Assembly (NCBI RefSeq): GCF_052425735.1
Contig: NC_135763.1
Coordinates: forward strand, 27,590,001 to 27,654,000
Reading direction: 5' to 3'
Length of the DNA stretch: 64,000 bases
Source of the DNA: Oculina patagonica
Lineage: Eukaryota
Shown here piece after piece: positions 1-13,008 of the stretch. The position numbers and the translations under genes were made by a program. How positions within the stretch are numbered: the stretch's first letter is position 1; each line of letters opens with the position of its first letter. The notes under the pieces were generated by a model that made no database searches, was not told where the DNA came from, and saw only the letters and a list, made by a program, of their open reading frames with translations.

Positions 1-2994
1 TTTCTCTTTCCAACCTTCACGGTTAACACACCTGAAACCCTTATTAGTAAACCCTACTTGACAAACGGTATGTCTAAATATACCACAGCATGGGTTACTG
101 TGGCAAGGATTCTGAAATTAAGAGGAACAGTTTTTAATAGTTAGAAATAGACATAACTTTGTACATTTAATAGGTCTTGAAATGTCCTGAAATGTCCATA
201 ATGACCCATTTTCTACTTAAGATTATATGTCAATATTATCTTCATGAAGAAGCAATTCCAAGATCAAGATCACATTATTTTTTAAGTTTTTAAACACACG
301 CTTTATTATGTTTAGATGTATTGTAATACCGATATAGCAGAAATAACAATTATGGATGAGTTATGTTTTGGCTTACCTCAATATAAAACTAGCATAATAC
401 TATCACTTGTAATTTTGGAATTGCTTATCTTATAAGAGAAAATGATTTAGGACCATAAGTGTAATCGAAAGCTTAAAAAAGCATTGGAGAATGAAAAAGA
501 AATACCCTTACAAAATAATTTTACCTCAACACCATAGTAGGTGTAACCTTGTATTTCTTCCATTGATGCACTTTCCTCTGTGGCACTGTTTAATTCACAC
601 AAGCGGTTCCCCTTGTCTTGAGGTCCCAAGTTGACGGACACACAGTTTGGCTCCAAAAAACACTTCAGTCGGCAGCTCCCATCATCGGGTACTATCTTTG
701 ATCTTATCACGTGACCCTTGAGTGCTTTGTTTGATATTGGCTCCTCGAATATTAACATGCGTTCGTATTCGTCCGCGAGAACTGTGAAAAGAAGTGTACT
801 TATTACGCGCGATCCTCTGAAGCTGTTTTATATTTTTTTTTTTTTTTTCCAGGATGAATTTAGCTAGTTAATAAACAAAAATATGAAATCTTGGGAAGTT
901 AAAACAAAAAACCTTCGTGTCCGATCACGTGGGCAGCATTCAAGGAGACGTTTGAACCTGGCATAGTAAGTCTCCGTCCCCAGGCGGCATGGGCTCTTCG
1001 CTTTCTCTCTGACTTTTCTTTGTTTATAATCCCCCCCCCCCCACCCGCTATTTCAACGGCAATTTCGACCTTTTCTCGCGTCAGCTACTGTCCCTGATCA
1101 TGACGACCTGTGTCTCCAAGGATGTGTTTATCGTGTCTATTATTTCTGAGTACTATTGAATTGCTAGCGACGCTTCTTTACCGCAGTTAAATAAATGGAA
1201 TGAAACAGATTTCTCAGTTTAGACCGGGTTGTGTTTAGTTTCCACTAAGTGAAACTTAGTTTCATTTTCCACATCAGCTGTTTTTTTTTTTTATTTTTTG
1301 AATTCTGAATATTGGTATGGAGATCAACGGTATACACGGATTATACTAATAAGGGTTGAACTACTAATAAGGGTTCAATAGGCCTAGGGTTGAATAAATG
1401 GAAAAAAACTGAATATCTTTTGTATCGGGTTTTGTTAAGTTTCCATTGAAAGTGGCATTTTTCACAGCAGCTGTAATTATATCGGTCTTGAATCCGAAAT
1501 ACTGGTATTGTGTTTGCTGACAACATAAATTAATTACTGATAATTAGATAAATGAATAAGTAATGATATTTTACTGGGCTTTTTGGTTTCGTTTTTTTCA
1601 ATTTTCCACAACTCTTCTTTGATTTTTTTGGGGTCTCGGGGGGGAAAGGGTTAATTTTTATTTTGGAAATTTTATCCTTGCAAAAATTTTTAGAGATTTC
1701 CCCCACATGAAAAAGTGTGAAAAAAAAGAAAAAAAAAAAATAAAAAGAGACCGTGGCTGTAACCATCTTCAATAAAGCCCGAAATTTCTATTGGGATGTA
1801 AATGAAATACAACTCCTTTTCTCTTTTTTCTAAACGAAAATTTCCGGGGGGGACGGAACTTTTAAAAGGGGTTTCTTTTTTTTATTGTTTGGGGTGAAGG
1901 AAATAATTCGTGTTTCACTGTTACATTTTGTACCTTTTGTGTCAAATCGCCTTTCAGCCCTTCAGTATGGCCATGCAAAATTTCGCATTTCAACAGAAGT
2001 AGCAGGTTCTTCGGAAAACTTAAAATGGAACACTTTCTTTTGGAACGGAAATTTCCATACGAAATTTTTGATTTTGTTTTGTTTTGTTTAGTTTTTTTTT
2101 TTTCTATAAATGCAACAACCCCCATTTTTCTTGGCTTTAGCCGCTGATAGGAAGAGAGAGACCGAAGGACTTAAATTTATTCTTGAAGATCTGACGGGTT
2201 GTTCTGTAATTAGCCTTTCCAACTTACCGGCGCAATTTAAAATACACCTTATGTGAGTGAATTGCTTCAGTTTCATCTCATTTTTTCCTCTAAAGGTATT
2301 TTCCAGTTTAGACATGATCTTATTCGGAAGGTGGATTCTAAGATCTGAATATAAAACTTGAATAAACGCCTGGCTTTTTTATAACTGAAGCACTCATGGA
2401 AGTTTTCTGTTGTTAGCCGTCGCACCAGTCAGACGATTAAAACGGTTTTCTTTCGTGTTTACTGGTGCTATTTTTTGCTCCGACGAAGGGGAGATTACAA
2501 AAAGCTGATTGAAAACGTTAGGTTTGGTCAGGGAAAAACTGCGTTTCTTTACATACAGTTTGAACTACTGATATTAGGGACGGACCATTATTTTTTTGGG
2601 GGGGGGGGGAAAAATTTTTTAAAAATATTTTTTGGGGGGGTGGAAAAANNNNNNNNNNNNNNNNNNNNNNNNNNNNNNNNNNNNNNNNNNNNNNNNNNNN
2701 NNNNNNNNNNNNNNNNNNNNNNNNNNNNNNNNNNNNNNNNNNNNNNNNNNNNNNNNNNNNNNNNNNNNNNNNNNNNNNNNNNNNNNNNNNNNNNNNNNNN
2801 TAATTTGATCTTTGCAAGCGGTGCCAAACGTGGCAAATTTTATTTCTTATGTAGGAAATTGTTATCTTTTTGTTATTCGTAGCTGAATGCTGAACAAAAG
2901 ATATCAAATAATAGTAAATCTTACCAGTATAAACCAGTGAGCCCGATCCGAATATAATCCACACGAGCAATACGAAGACTTTGTTGAAGGCCAT
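1..2994 (-). CDS. Locus A (3'-partial): secreted PAN/apple (class I)-EGF protein, continues off the left edge
   Basis: Exons 2925-2994 (MAFNKVFVLLVWIIFGSGSLVYT signal peptide, phase 1, GTAAG donor), 525-781 (PAN: SCRLKCFLEPNCVSVN...LCELN, phase 1 to 0) and <1-111 (EGF: NPCHSNPCCGIFRHTVCQVGFTNKGFRCVNREGWKEK). Canonical AG/GT sites, frames join. Intron 1 spans an N-gap. Confidence 0.8.
2649..2800. other. Assembly gap (152 N)
   Basis: Run of N. The ~1.8 kb to the left is rich in long homopolymers, suggesting low consensus quality. Confidence 0.98.
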
Positions 2995-5108
2995 TCTTCT
3001 TCTGTTGACTTTGCAGTTGTTCACCCGTTCATTACTTTAAAATATTCGTAAATAATTCAGTAGATAAATTCGATATTTTCACACCTACTTGTCTTGGTGT
3101 GATTTTTCTTTTTTTATTTTAGACAAAACCTACAATTTTAAAGGTATTCGTATCAAACAGTTCTTGACACCTTGCAACACTTTGTACCTTTTGTTGCCAT
3201 TTTCATTATCACCTAAGCTTGTGATCAGCATTTCAATTTTTTTGTCTTCGTAAGCTTCCTATGTGCATTTATATACCTCTTATTAATCGAGTTCGAGGTT
3301 TCTGTAGGCCGGATATGGATCGAATTTTTGCCTGTCAACTGATTTATGATCCTACTGGACGGATTTAGGAAACCAGGTTAATAAGATATTAAAAAAGGTC
3401 AAAGGCGCTGAAAGCGTCTTTATTTGACTAACGTGCGTCATTTAAATGAAACAAAAGGCGAGTGAGTTTTATTGGTTTTCGAAATCAGTTTGGTAGTTGA
3501 CTTGATTGATAGAGACGTTACTCCAAGCTTTAAACGGTTTCTTTTTTAAGACTTTTTGTTAGAGTTGATTTTCGGTAAACTTACGGCTCAGATTACATTA
3601 AAATTACTTCCGAATTTCGTTAAACAGACAAGAACAACTCAGATGAGATGAAAGCACCACGATCAACTTATAGAAAGAACATGTTTGTCAACCTTTCGAA
3701 ACTTACAAATACGACGATTTTCCATCTAGGTAAAAGTATAAATTACATGAAGTCATTTCATTCTATGAGAACCAGGATTACTTCAGTCGCCAAGATTGAA
3801 CGAAGGTAAATACGAAGTAAGGAGAGTGAGCGAACAAAATTGTGAATGAATAAAACTTTCAAGTTGTGGAAAATGTAAAAATACTACGTAAGTAGAAACA
3901 ACGCTCTTAAAAAGGCATTGCCAAGTTCCAACTGAAACGAGCCCCCAAGGTACAACCTTTCATGTGGAAGTGTGTTTTACTTTAAAAATCTCATTACCAT
4001 ATGAAACATTGTGCACTATGACTCGTTTTTACCACAGAGGTAATAGCTGACATCTAGAAAATAGCTTATTCATTTCTGTCAACTGCTTTGGTTTAATATG
4101 GTATGGGGTCGTCATAGTTAACGATCCTAGTCGACAGGGATCCTCCGGTATTGCAAGTCGAGGTTTATACGGTCGTGAGACGCCATAACTCATAACATTT
4201 TTTAATGTTGTTTTATAAGCCATATCATTACACAGCTTGCACATTTTCAGCACTATTCACCAAATACAATAACATGCGGAATATGCAGTTTTTTAACAAT
4301 GTTTATTTATTAGGCTATACCGCATTTTAAGCAACGTGAATTAAGATAAGTATACAGACAAACTGTAAATGCCCTTGACTGCATTTCGCCCGTATTATCT
4401 GAAGGAAAGTGCTTCGTTATATAAGTGCGTACACTTTTTACGTATCATAGCACGATTCAGCTTGTTTTTTATTATTATTTTATATAACAAAATGTATCAG
4501 TACGCCTGCTCTCGCGTCATGCTTTTAACAAAGTCACAAGTTATCCTATAAATGTGTCTATAAAATTACATCAAGAAAGCTTTAAAGTTTTGAACTCTTT
4601 TCCCACTACTGGAAAAATAAGGCAAAAGGAGAACTTTGAAGCAAGGTGACAGTTTTTTTCGTGCTTCTAACTTTTTACTGCCACTAACTTGCTTCTCAGT
4701 GAATGATCGATCCGGATTTTTTTTTTTTTTTAATCGATCCGACGATTGTGAAGAAGGCGCGAGTCTTTTGACCAGTACAGTAGACTGAAACACAAACCAG
4801 ATCAGCCCCCTGTATCCTCCTATGCTCCCGATTACTTCAAACATCTAATATATTGACATTTCAATAAAAGTGGTGTCATAAACGCCAAGGATTCTAGTTT
4901 AGTTTAGTCTATTCTTTCTTTCTTTCTTCTTTTTTTTGTTTACAGTTGGCATATATGTGTGTTTTATAAATAAGTACGTCACAGTAATAAGTTTTCAACT
5001 GAGGAAAGACAAATTCGATATATAACAACGGAGCGCACACATATTAACTACTAAATGATATGTCACCTTTCGACGGCTACCTCAAAGGTTTTCTTTTACT
5101 GAGGGATA

Positions 5109-5634
5109 CCGTATTTACTCGATTAAGCACCGCCCCCGAATAAGCGCCGCCCTCGAATAAGCGCCGCATTTAGAACAAAAAAGTTAATAAGCGCCGCCCC
5201 CGAATAAGCGCCGCAGTGCCGATGCGGCGCTTATTACAGAAATTTCGTTTAACCAAAAACAGCACAACAAAGCAACTCTCAAACAAACTTGGACATTTCT
5301 TTCTATCAAAAGCGATGTTTTGCAGTTTCAAAGTGATTGTTTTACCGCTCGCTCATACGTTTTCTATTCAACATTCTTACAATACGTTGTTCTGTAAATG
5401 TTGTCAAGGCCGCGAACTTTGCTAGGACAGCTGGCGCCACTTCTTTCTTGAGTAAGAGACGAATATTGACAATCAAAAGACGCTATTTTCAATTACTGTA
5501 AAAGATTAAATTCTTTGTGGCGCCCAAATTTTAAATAAGCGCCGCCCTCAAATAGGCGCCGCCCTCGAATAAGCGCCGCACTTGAGTCGCGAAAAATTAA
5601 ATATGCGCCGCGGCGCTTATTCGAGTAAATGCGG
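5109..5634. mobile_element. Non-autonomous Tc1/mariner-pogo-type DNA transposon (MITE)
   Basis: TA|CCGTATTTACTCGA ... TCGAGTAAATGCGG|TA terminal inverted repeats with TA duplication; multiple subterminal AATAAGCGCCGC repeats. Confidence 0.8.
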
Positions 5635-6174
5635 TAAGCAAAAAGCACATTACCAGACTCAAAATTGGTGTTGTGAAATGCAGCTACTCACTAGTATAAT
5701 GAATACACCTAACACTATTAAAATAGAGGATTATAAGAGCGAACTGATTAGCTTAGAATAATATTTATCTCTAATAATTACATTTTCTTTTAAAAGACCG
5801 CAACTGTTAACAGAAGTGGCCCAGTTTAAGTGATGTAATTTGAGTGTAAACCATCAAAATTATATTCTTCGGATCACCGACTGGTTGATTTTTCTATTTA
5901 ACATATATTAGACAGGCAGGTTGTTACTATCCTCCGCAATCAGATAGTCTGTCCGTTTCTTTTTTTTTTTGTATCTTAAAAGATAAATAAATTGGATTCT
6001 CTAAAGTTATGTATAAAGCAAAGTCAAAGATCATAGATCCAATATCGCTAAGGCCATCAAAATGCTCTTGATCAAACCTTGTTACAACAACGTTATTGCC
6101 TGCGGTAGTTTGATCCATCACAACCCCACCCCCTTGTACAGTTGGTGCGGTGTATGTGGTCATAACTCGTTATT

Positions 6175-9100
6175 TTAGGGATATATCTTTTCGCAAATAT
6201 ACCCAAGTGCAAAATTACAGTTTAAATCATTCCACTTTCCATCAAAATTTTTTAAGGTGTAGCCTCCAACTGAAATATTTCCCATCGTTATATGACCACA
6301 ATTTTGATTACCACCATAGTTGTTGGGATTACCATTTGACCAATTGTTGTAGATTTCCAGTGGCGTACCATCCGTCCATTTCCACTTGCCTTCGTCTATC
6401 TGGTCGTTCAGTCCAATCCAGAACGACAGCCCAGATGACGTGAGAAAGGTTCTCTTAAGGAAGTTGTTCTCAGCTGCCGATTCTATCTTTACCAGCTGTG
6501 CGCCAAGGCATTTACAACTATCGCTTGCATTGTTCCACGTCTCAGGTGCAGTGAACAGCATGTAACTGGAGCCCGAAAGTGACTCTATTCCGGGAACGGG
6601 ATCTAAGGTAAGAATAATTATGAATCGTTTATCACACCTGTTATGTACACAATTTTTAAACACTTTGCTGTAGTAATGGCGAAAAACCAATAAAAAAATA
6701 TTGCTTAAAAAAAATGCTTTTGCACAATAAGATACAGAAATGTGTCAACTCCTTTCAGTATAAGTAAAATTAAAACTGCTTGTAGACACAACACTAACAT
6801 TGCATTACATAATATAACATTGTATTTCATTGTATTTTTTAGTTGCTTAAAAAGTGTGCAATTTTAAAACACTTCCGACATTAAGTCAGATTACGTTAAG
6901 CACACCTTGCAATCATGCAAAAACAACTAAAAGTAAGATAATATAAGATAAGATAAGAAATTTTATTTAAGTGTCAAAACCTTATAGCCTGGAAAATAAT
7001 ACCATACTAATTAGGGGACACTGCTAAAAACTAAAAGCTACACTAATACTAAGTGGAACGTCTGTGTGGTTTAACATAATAAACTTTTACTCTTTGTACC
7101 TCGACAACCATACACTTCCACCCTCATTGAAATGTAAAAATGCTGAGCTGTAGGACGAAAACGAATGTAGCGTGCACTGATTGGTGGATTTAGTTCATGA
7201 TATACAACAGTGTACTTGTTTTTGTTTCCAGCAAATTCCTTGAAAAAAGTAAGACGGCAAACTGTTAGAAATTAATAATAATTAATTAATAATATCATTA
7301 TCTTCTCAGACTAAAATATGCGTTATTCTGAACCTTCAGAACTTGAGACACTTTACAAAAGAGTGCCCAATCGAAAATCTTTTTCAATGGAGAAGGGATT
7401 TTTCAATGTTTCAAAACCCTTCCACGAAATGGTGACTATTTCTTCCAAGACATGTATCTCAAGTTGTACATAGCTTGACTGTTTAAATTGCGAAAATTGA
7501 GACATTTTTCTGTAGCCGCATAGCTTGCTTGGTTCAGAACAAAATTTCAACAATTTCAAAAGTTAAAATGCTTGAAAAAAGACATGAGTTTCCAGGCGAA
7601 AATCTGAGTAACTAAATTTAACAGTATTTTTATAATAATTTGATATTCGTGCTACCTTATCTGACGTTTGGCCTGGTTCCCTGTAGTACTCAAAGCTTGT
7701 TCCATCATCGCTGTACTGCAGCTTATACTTAGTCACCCACCTGTTGTAAAAAGTGTGATTTCTTCCTTGTGTTGCTACACCGGTCACCCGGGTATAATTG
7801 CTTATAAGATCAACCTGGAGCCATTTGTCTTTGTCACTTCTGGCAGGTGACCAAGCTCCTTGGAGGCGAAGCCTTCCCCGATGAGCGGCATAGCTTGTGC
7901 TATGTTTCGAAGATGCACTTATTTGTCCATTGGATATTTCATGGTTTTCCATGCCGAGCGCCTTGTGATAATCTGAAGATACGAGGAATTAATAGCAGAA
8001 AAAGAAGTGTGACTTCAAATAAAACCTCATACCCTCTGATTTTTAATCGCATTTTGGCAGCGCTGTGTATTCAATTGATTCAACAGGCCATTTTCAAGTT
8101 CCCCTTTGCCTCTGTTTCAAAAAGAGCCTACGTGCAAAACAATTCTTATGAACATGAATTTCACCTACAGGTCTAATTTCCTGCAAATCAAACTCATTTT
8201 CATTTGAATGGTTTCGCACTTAGCCGGACTTGTTTTGAAACAGAGCCAAAGGGGAACTCGGAAATGACCTTGAAGGATCCCTAGTCACTCACGCCTTGAA
8301 ATCCCTGAAAATTGCCATTTTTGATGGCATCGAAATTGCGACGTTGTACGGTAAAGCAAAATTTGATTGCATCGCGGCAAGTTGTGTTACTGGAAGTCTG
8401 TTAAATAACCTTTAGCGGTTTCATAGCAATCTCTTTCGTTTAGGCACGCTACGCGTGAAATAGAGCATCGGAAATCCGGTATGTCAACATATTAAACAAA
8501 AGCGTGGCCAACTAGGGTCTTTCATTGCGCCATTTTCGAATTCCCTTTGCCTCTGTTTTAAAACTTTAATAGTCTTGGTGCTACTAGCATGTGTACAGCC
8601 GTCCCGGCCGCTCCCCTCAAAACAAAAAATCGGTGAGGGAATGTGTGTCTTTTGGCGACGTTAATTGTGTTCCAGTATCCTGCTGTTATCGATTTAAATT
8701 TCATAATTATTATTATAATTATTATAATTATAATTATTTTATAATTATTATATCGGATATCCGGATGACCGAATTTGAATCATGCGGTTCCAAATATAAC
8801 ACATCGAGCTCAAGAAAAAAAGCGCTAGATCAACAAAATGCAAGAAGCAGAACGTTTACAGCACAAAATTCTAATAACCAACCTTCTTCGTTCTCCAAGT
8901 AAAGCTACAAAAGTTTTCGGCAAAGCCAGACACTGTCATTCGTAGCGGCCGGGCCCGGAATCCCAATTATTAAATCCAAGAAGTCATTCGCCTTTACAAA
9001 TAAATTTTAAAGCTTGTCATTTCAAACCAAACATTTTAGATGGAAATGAGCCAAAACAAACCGTACCGCACTAACGAGAGATGTGGCAAATTTAAGGTTT

Positions 9101-12100
9101 CAAACAACAGCGCAGACATTTTGGAGACCACGCGTACGGTCTTCACCAAACTACGGCTCTTTCCACCCTGTCCTGGTTTAAATAATACTGCATATCATTT
9201 ATTATTGTGCCCTTCAGAAACAAGTGAGACGCAAAAGGCTGTAAAGTTCGAATGCTCGCCGCACGCTGAAATAATTTGGAACGCCACAAGCTATCGCCCG
9301 CATAAATTAAAGGCAATTATAAATGTTTTTTTTTTTGTGTGTGTGTGTTAGGGCCAATCAGATCATTTTCCACACATTCCAGGAAAACCACCCGCCGCGG
9401 AACACGATTAACGTCGCCAAAACACAGACATTCTCTCCCCGATTTTTTGAGGGGAGCGGGGCGGCTGTACACAGGCTATGGTGCTACTTATGTCATGAAA
9501 ATGTGTTTAACTCACAACATCGTTTTGATTCAAATCAAACACATTTTTAACTAAATGGTTTGTTGGGCATCAGGGAAATGCCGTACTGACTTGTCTTTCA
9601 ATACCTTTCTCGCACTGGTTCTTTTTGTACTCCTGGTGGCAAACGCATCTAAATCCTTTGTCGGTGAATCCTACTTGACAGACCTCATATTTACTAGGAC
9701 AAGTGTTACAGTGGCAGGGATTCTGAATTTAAAAAAACAAATATGAAAATCTGTGTAAGCAATAGGCAATACAGTTTAAACAGAGTTTCTATTTTCATTT
9801 TTACCTGTGATTATTTTTAAGGTAATTATAAACAGGAGAAATCTCTTCCATCACTAACCCTCAACCCTCAACCACCCCCCCCCCCCCCCCCCCCCCACCT
9901 CCCCTCCTCCCCTACATTTGGTTCCGGAAACAGCGATAAATTAGTAAGTCATCATTGCCATTTGTAGTATAAACAAAATAGTTTTACCTCAACGCCGTAG
10001 TAGGTGTAACGTTGTCTTTCCACCAAGCCAGAAAGAGATGGACTTTCATCGGTGGCATTGTTTAGCTCACACACGTGATCCCCCTCACCTGTGGGCCCCA
10101 CGTTGATTGACATACAGTTCGGCTCCAGATAACACTTCACACGACAGCTCCCATCATCGGGCACTTTCTCGGTTCTTATCACGTGACCCTCGAGTGCTCT
10201 GTTTGATACTGGTTCCTTCAATATTAAGATGCGGTCGTATTCTTCTGTGACCACTGTGAGAAACGATAAGCACATGATGACTGACCCAGATTAAACAATG
10301 CGATTTTTAATCCAAATGTCACTCCAGACAAAGCCAAAGTAAAGGCAAAATTAGATTCTGTTATACATCACAATCGACAAAACAAAATAATTAAGCCAGC
10401 TCACACAAGAAGCAAAGTGTACTTCAAGAGCACTTCAAAATGTGTTGCCATGATATCTGTGCGACAGGCTGAAGCACACAAAAAGGGGCGTATATCAAGA
10501 GACTATTTTCCAGGTGGGGAGGGGCATGGCAAAAATTATCATCAACGAGTGCCTACTGTGTAATGTCGCGTCGATAACAATATCGCGCTCTCCCGCCTCC
10601 CCTCTCCCCCCCCCCCCCGGCATGGCAAAAATTATCATCATCAACGAGGGCCCTACTGTGTAACGGTAGCGTCGATAAAAATATTGCGCTCTCCCCCCGG
10701 GGGGATGACGCATTTTTGCGTGTGGTTCAACCGGCTATGCATAGCAAGAGAACCAATGGTCGCACTTTGGAGGATTTTTCTACACTTCAACACAACACTC
10801 AGCACCCGAAGGTCAACAAAGGTTAAGAAAAAATGTTTTAAAGCGGTCATTTTTTGAAAGTTCAATACGCGGTATGCTGGAAGGAGGACTGAAATCGAAA
10901 TATTATGGTGTGTGATATGGCATAGAAAAATTCAAAAATTCTGGGGACATTCGATTCGGCGCAGAAATTGATATAGTGATAAGTACCAAACTCTAATACT
11001 AACGAAGTTTTTTCGGTTCCAGACCTCGCACAAGCCGACCGCGTATAAATCTTTCGGGTGCAGCCTTTCTACCACCAAACCGGGTTTTTATAATTCAAAC
11101 TGTAGCCACAAAAAAAAGCCGCTTCAAGTTAATAAACAGGCAACTATAAACTTCCATTCTTCCTCCAATTTAATGTAATGTAACTTTGTCATGTGCCGGT
11201 CGAAAGTGCCGAATTTTTGCCTTGAATTAAATTGTGTTAAAGTATGTTACTTGAAAATGTATTTTCACCAGCGGCACTATAACAAATTTACTTGTTACGC
11301 GTGGTTCTCGCTATTGTACATGTCTAATGATTTTTTTTTTTTTTAGAAAACGTTTTCTGGACTATGTAGATAAGGATATATGGGGCTTCTGTTGAAAACG
11401 CTAACTTAACTTTGAAATGATATATAGAAAATCGTAGAGCACAACCTCTTAGAGATCCATGACCTGGTGAAATACCCCAAAGGCTCGCTTGTTAAGTAAA
11501 CATATAGCGTGTGTTTGGACTATTGAACGCAGCAGGTGGACGAAACTTTCAATTGACGTATTTAATTTCACTTACACTATTCCGCTGTTATTGGCGAACA
11601 AAACCATGCCGATATTTCCTTTTATTCAAGTTAGTGACTCGAAAAAAGAAGTTGAACTTATTTTCAGTGAAAATTTGAGAAGACGTAAAGTCACTGAGTT
11701 GAGAAATTCAATTTCATATGCCGTCCTGTTGAGTTGAATGTATTAGTTATTAAAATAATGTTTATCCCAGCGTAAGAAAATTTCGGAACGAGATTATCAT
11801 TGCAACTAACGGTTATTTTTGTTTTATTTTATTTTGTTTGTAGTGTTAAGTGGTATTTGACTGATCTGGAGACCCTTTATAGCCCAGTCCCGGTTAGTAA
11901 AAAGTATATGAAAATTGCCATTTCGTTTGAATCGCTATTAGTTCTTGGAAAAATGCACGACATTTCCCAACTAATATGGTTTCAAAATGGACATTGGCGA
12001 AAGATCGTGGCATTATATTTTCTTCAGAACCCAGTTATGCATTTTGAATTTTGTATCTTATTGGGAAAAATATGATTTCGGAAGCCTGAACATGATTTAC

Positions 12101-13008
12101 GAAAATTCTCCGTTTAGTTCACTGTTATACATAGGCTTCTTTAGTTTCCAATATCAGCATGTAATTTTTTATATATAAAAATGCAAGCTTTTGCTGCAAT
12201 CGTAACTTCAGGGTTGTTTTGTCCTTTTAAAAGGCACCGGTGCTCAGTTTGTGAAATACATAACTTATTCATTATTGTCATACATGTTTTCTAGGGCTTT
12301 ATCAAAGAAGCCTGTTTTCCCTCAGAAAGAACAAAAAAGAGTAAGGGACTGAAAATATATCATAGGCGTTTTTAACGCTCGTATATTGAAATGAACTAAG
12401 TTTGTTAAGTAAAACACAACCCGAATTCGAAGGCGTTTCAAAAAAAAAGGAAAACAAGGAGATTGTGTCTATTTTCAGCTGCGAATATAAATTAATTAAT
12501 CACAAGATAATTGTGGTTTGCCTTTGCCATTGACGTTGTTTTTGCAAAATAACAGGCTTTCGTTGCGTTATCTCCTGCTCTTCTTTATTTTAAATCGGCG
12601 ACTTCTTTATCTTTAAAGGCGGTTTCAATATCAACCATGAATATTTTGAAAACGTTTAAATATGTGTCTCGCTTGAGTTTCCCTGTTCTCTTCAAACATC
12701 CTTCTTTGTTTTCTTTTCTTGATAAAACTCGAATATTCACCTTTAATCAGTTATGGTGAATCTAGATTTTTCTACATTAACATTTTGTGCAGTAATTTCA
12801 GCCTTCTTAATTAATATTTCGTTCTTAGTAGCAAATTCAAATGTCCAGTTTACTTATTGAGAAATTACCAACTTTATGCTTTTTCCGCGTTTCTATTTCA
12901 TTATTAGCCATAATGTATTACAGTAAATTACGAATAAACCTTACCAGCACACACCAGTAGACAGAAAGGGAATGAAATCCACACGAAGAAGACTCTGAAG
13001 AGGCCCAT
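6175..13008 (-). CDS. Locus B: secreted PAN(I)-EGF-F5/8C(discoidin)-C-type lectin protein, 443 aa, apparently intact
   Basis: Exons 12945-13008 (MGLFRVFFVWISFPFCLLVCA), 9988-10253 (PAN), 9605-9722 (EGF NPCHCNTCPSKYEVCQVGFTDKGFRCVCHQEYKKNQCEK), 7656-7972 and 7100-7238 (F5/8C: LGMEN..ISASS..WLQVDL..TGVATQG..ARYIRFRP..SMRVEVYGC), 6175-6602 (CTLD: WIGL, NPN, WND). Total 1332 nt = 444 codons, all GT-AG, no internal stop. Confidence 0.88.
8085..8270. mobile_element. Short (~180 bp) MITE; related copies at ~42789-42960 and, degenerate, at ~3880-4070
   Basis: AGGCCATTTTCAAGTTCCC ... GGGAACTCGGAAATGACCT inverted ends; shares the ACTCATTTTC..AATGGTTT..GCAC core with the 42.8 kb copy. Confidence 0.6.
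8585..9478. mobile_element. Non-autonomous DNA transposon with ~95 bp TIRs and 9-bp TSD (AcademH- or MULE-like), in intron 3 of locus B
   Basis: TAGCATGTGTACAGCCG...GGCGACGTTAATTGTGTTCC / GGAACACGATTAACGTCGCC...CGGCTGTACACAGGCTA; TSD TGGTGCTAC at 8576-8584 and 9479-9487. Confidence 0.8.
10523..10697 (+). repeat. Tandem ~75-95 bp direct duplication, probably subterminal repeats of a DNA transposon
   Basis: GGCATGGCAAAAATTATCATCAACGAG...GCGTCGATAA...GCGCTCTCCC occurs at ~10523 and ~10619. Confidence 0.55.

Noticed and set aside
2475-2882. ORFs spanning the N-run
   Set aside because: Artefacts of the gap. Only 2925-2994 of the overlapping minus-strand ORF is a real exon.
5130-5625. Repeated AATAAGCGCCGC units resembling a CRISPR-like array
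   Set aside because: Irregular short spacing inside a TA-flanked TIR element, eukaryotic context, no cas genes.
5927-6163. 78-aa ORF just downstream of the locus B stop
   Set aside because: No domain, includes repeat-like sequence, not conserved in paralogs; likely 3' UTR.
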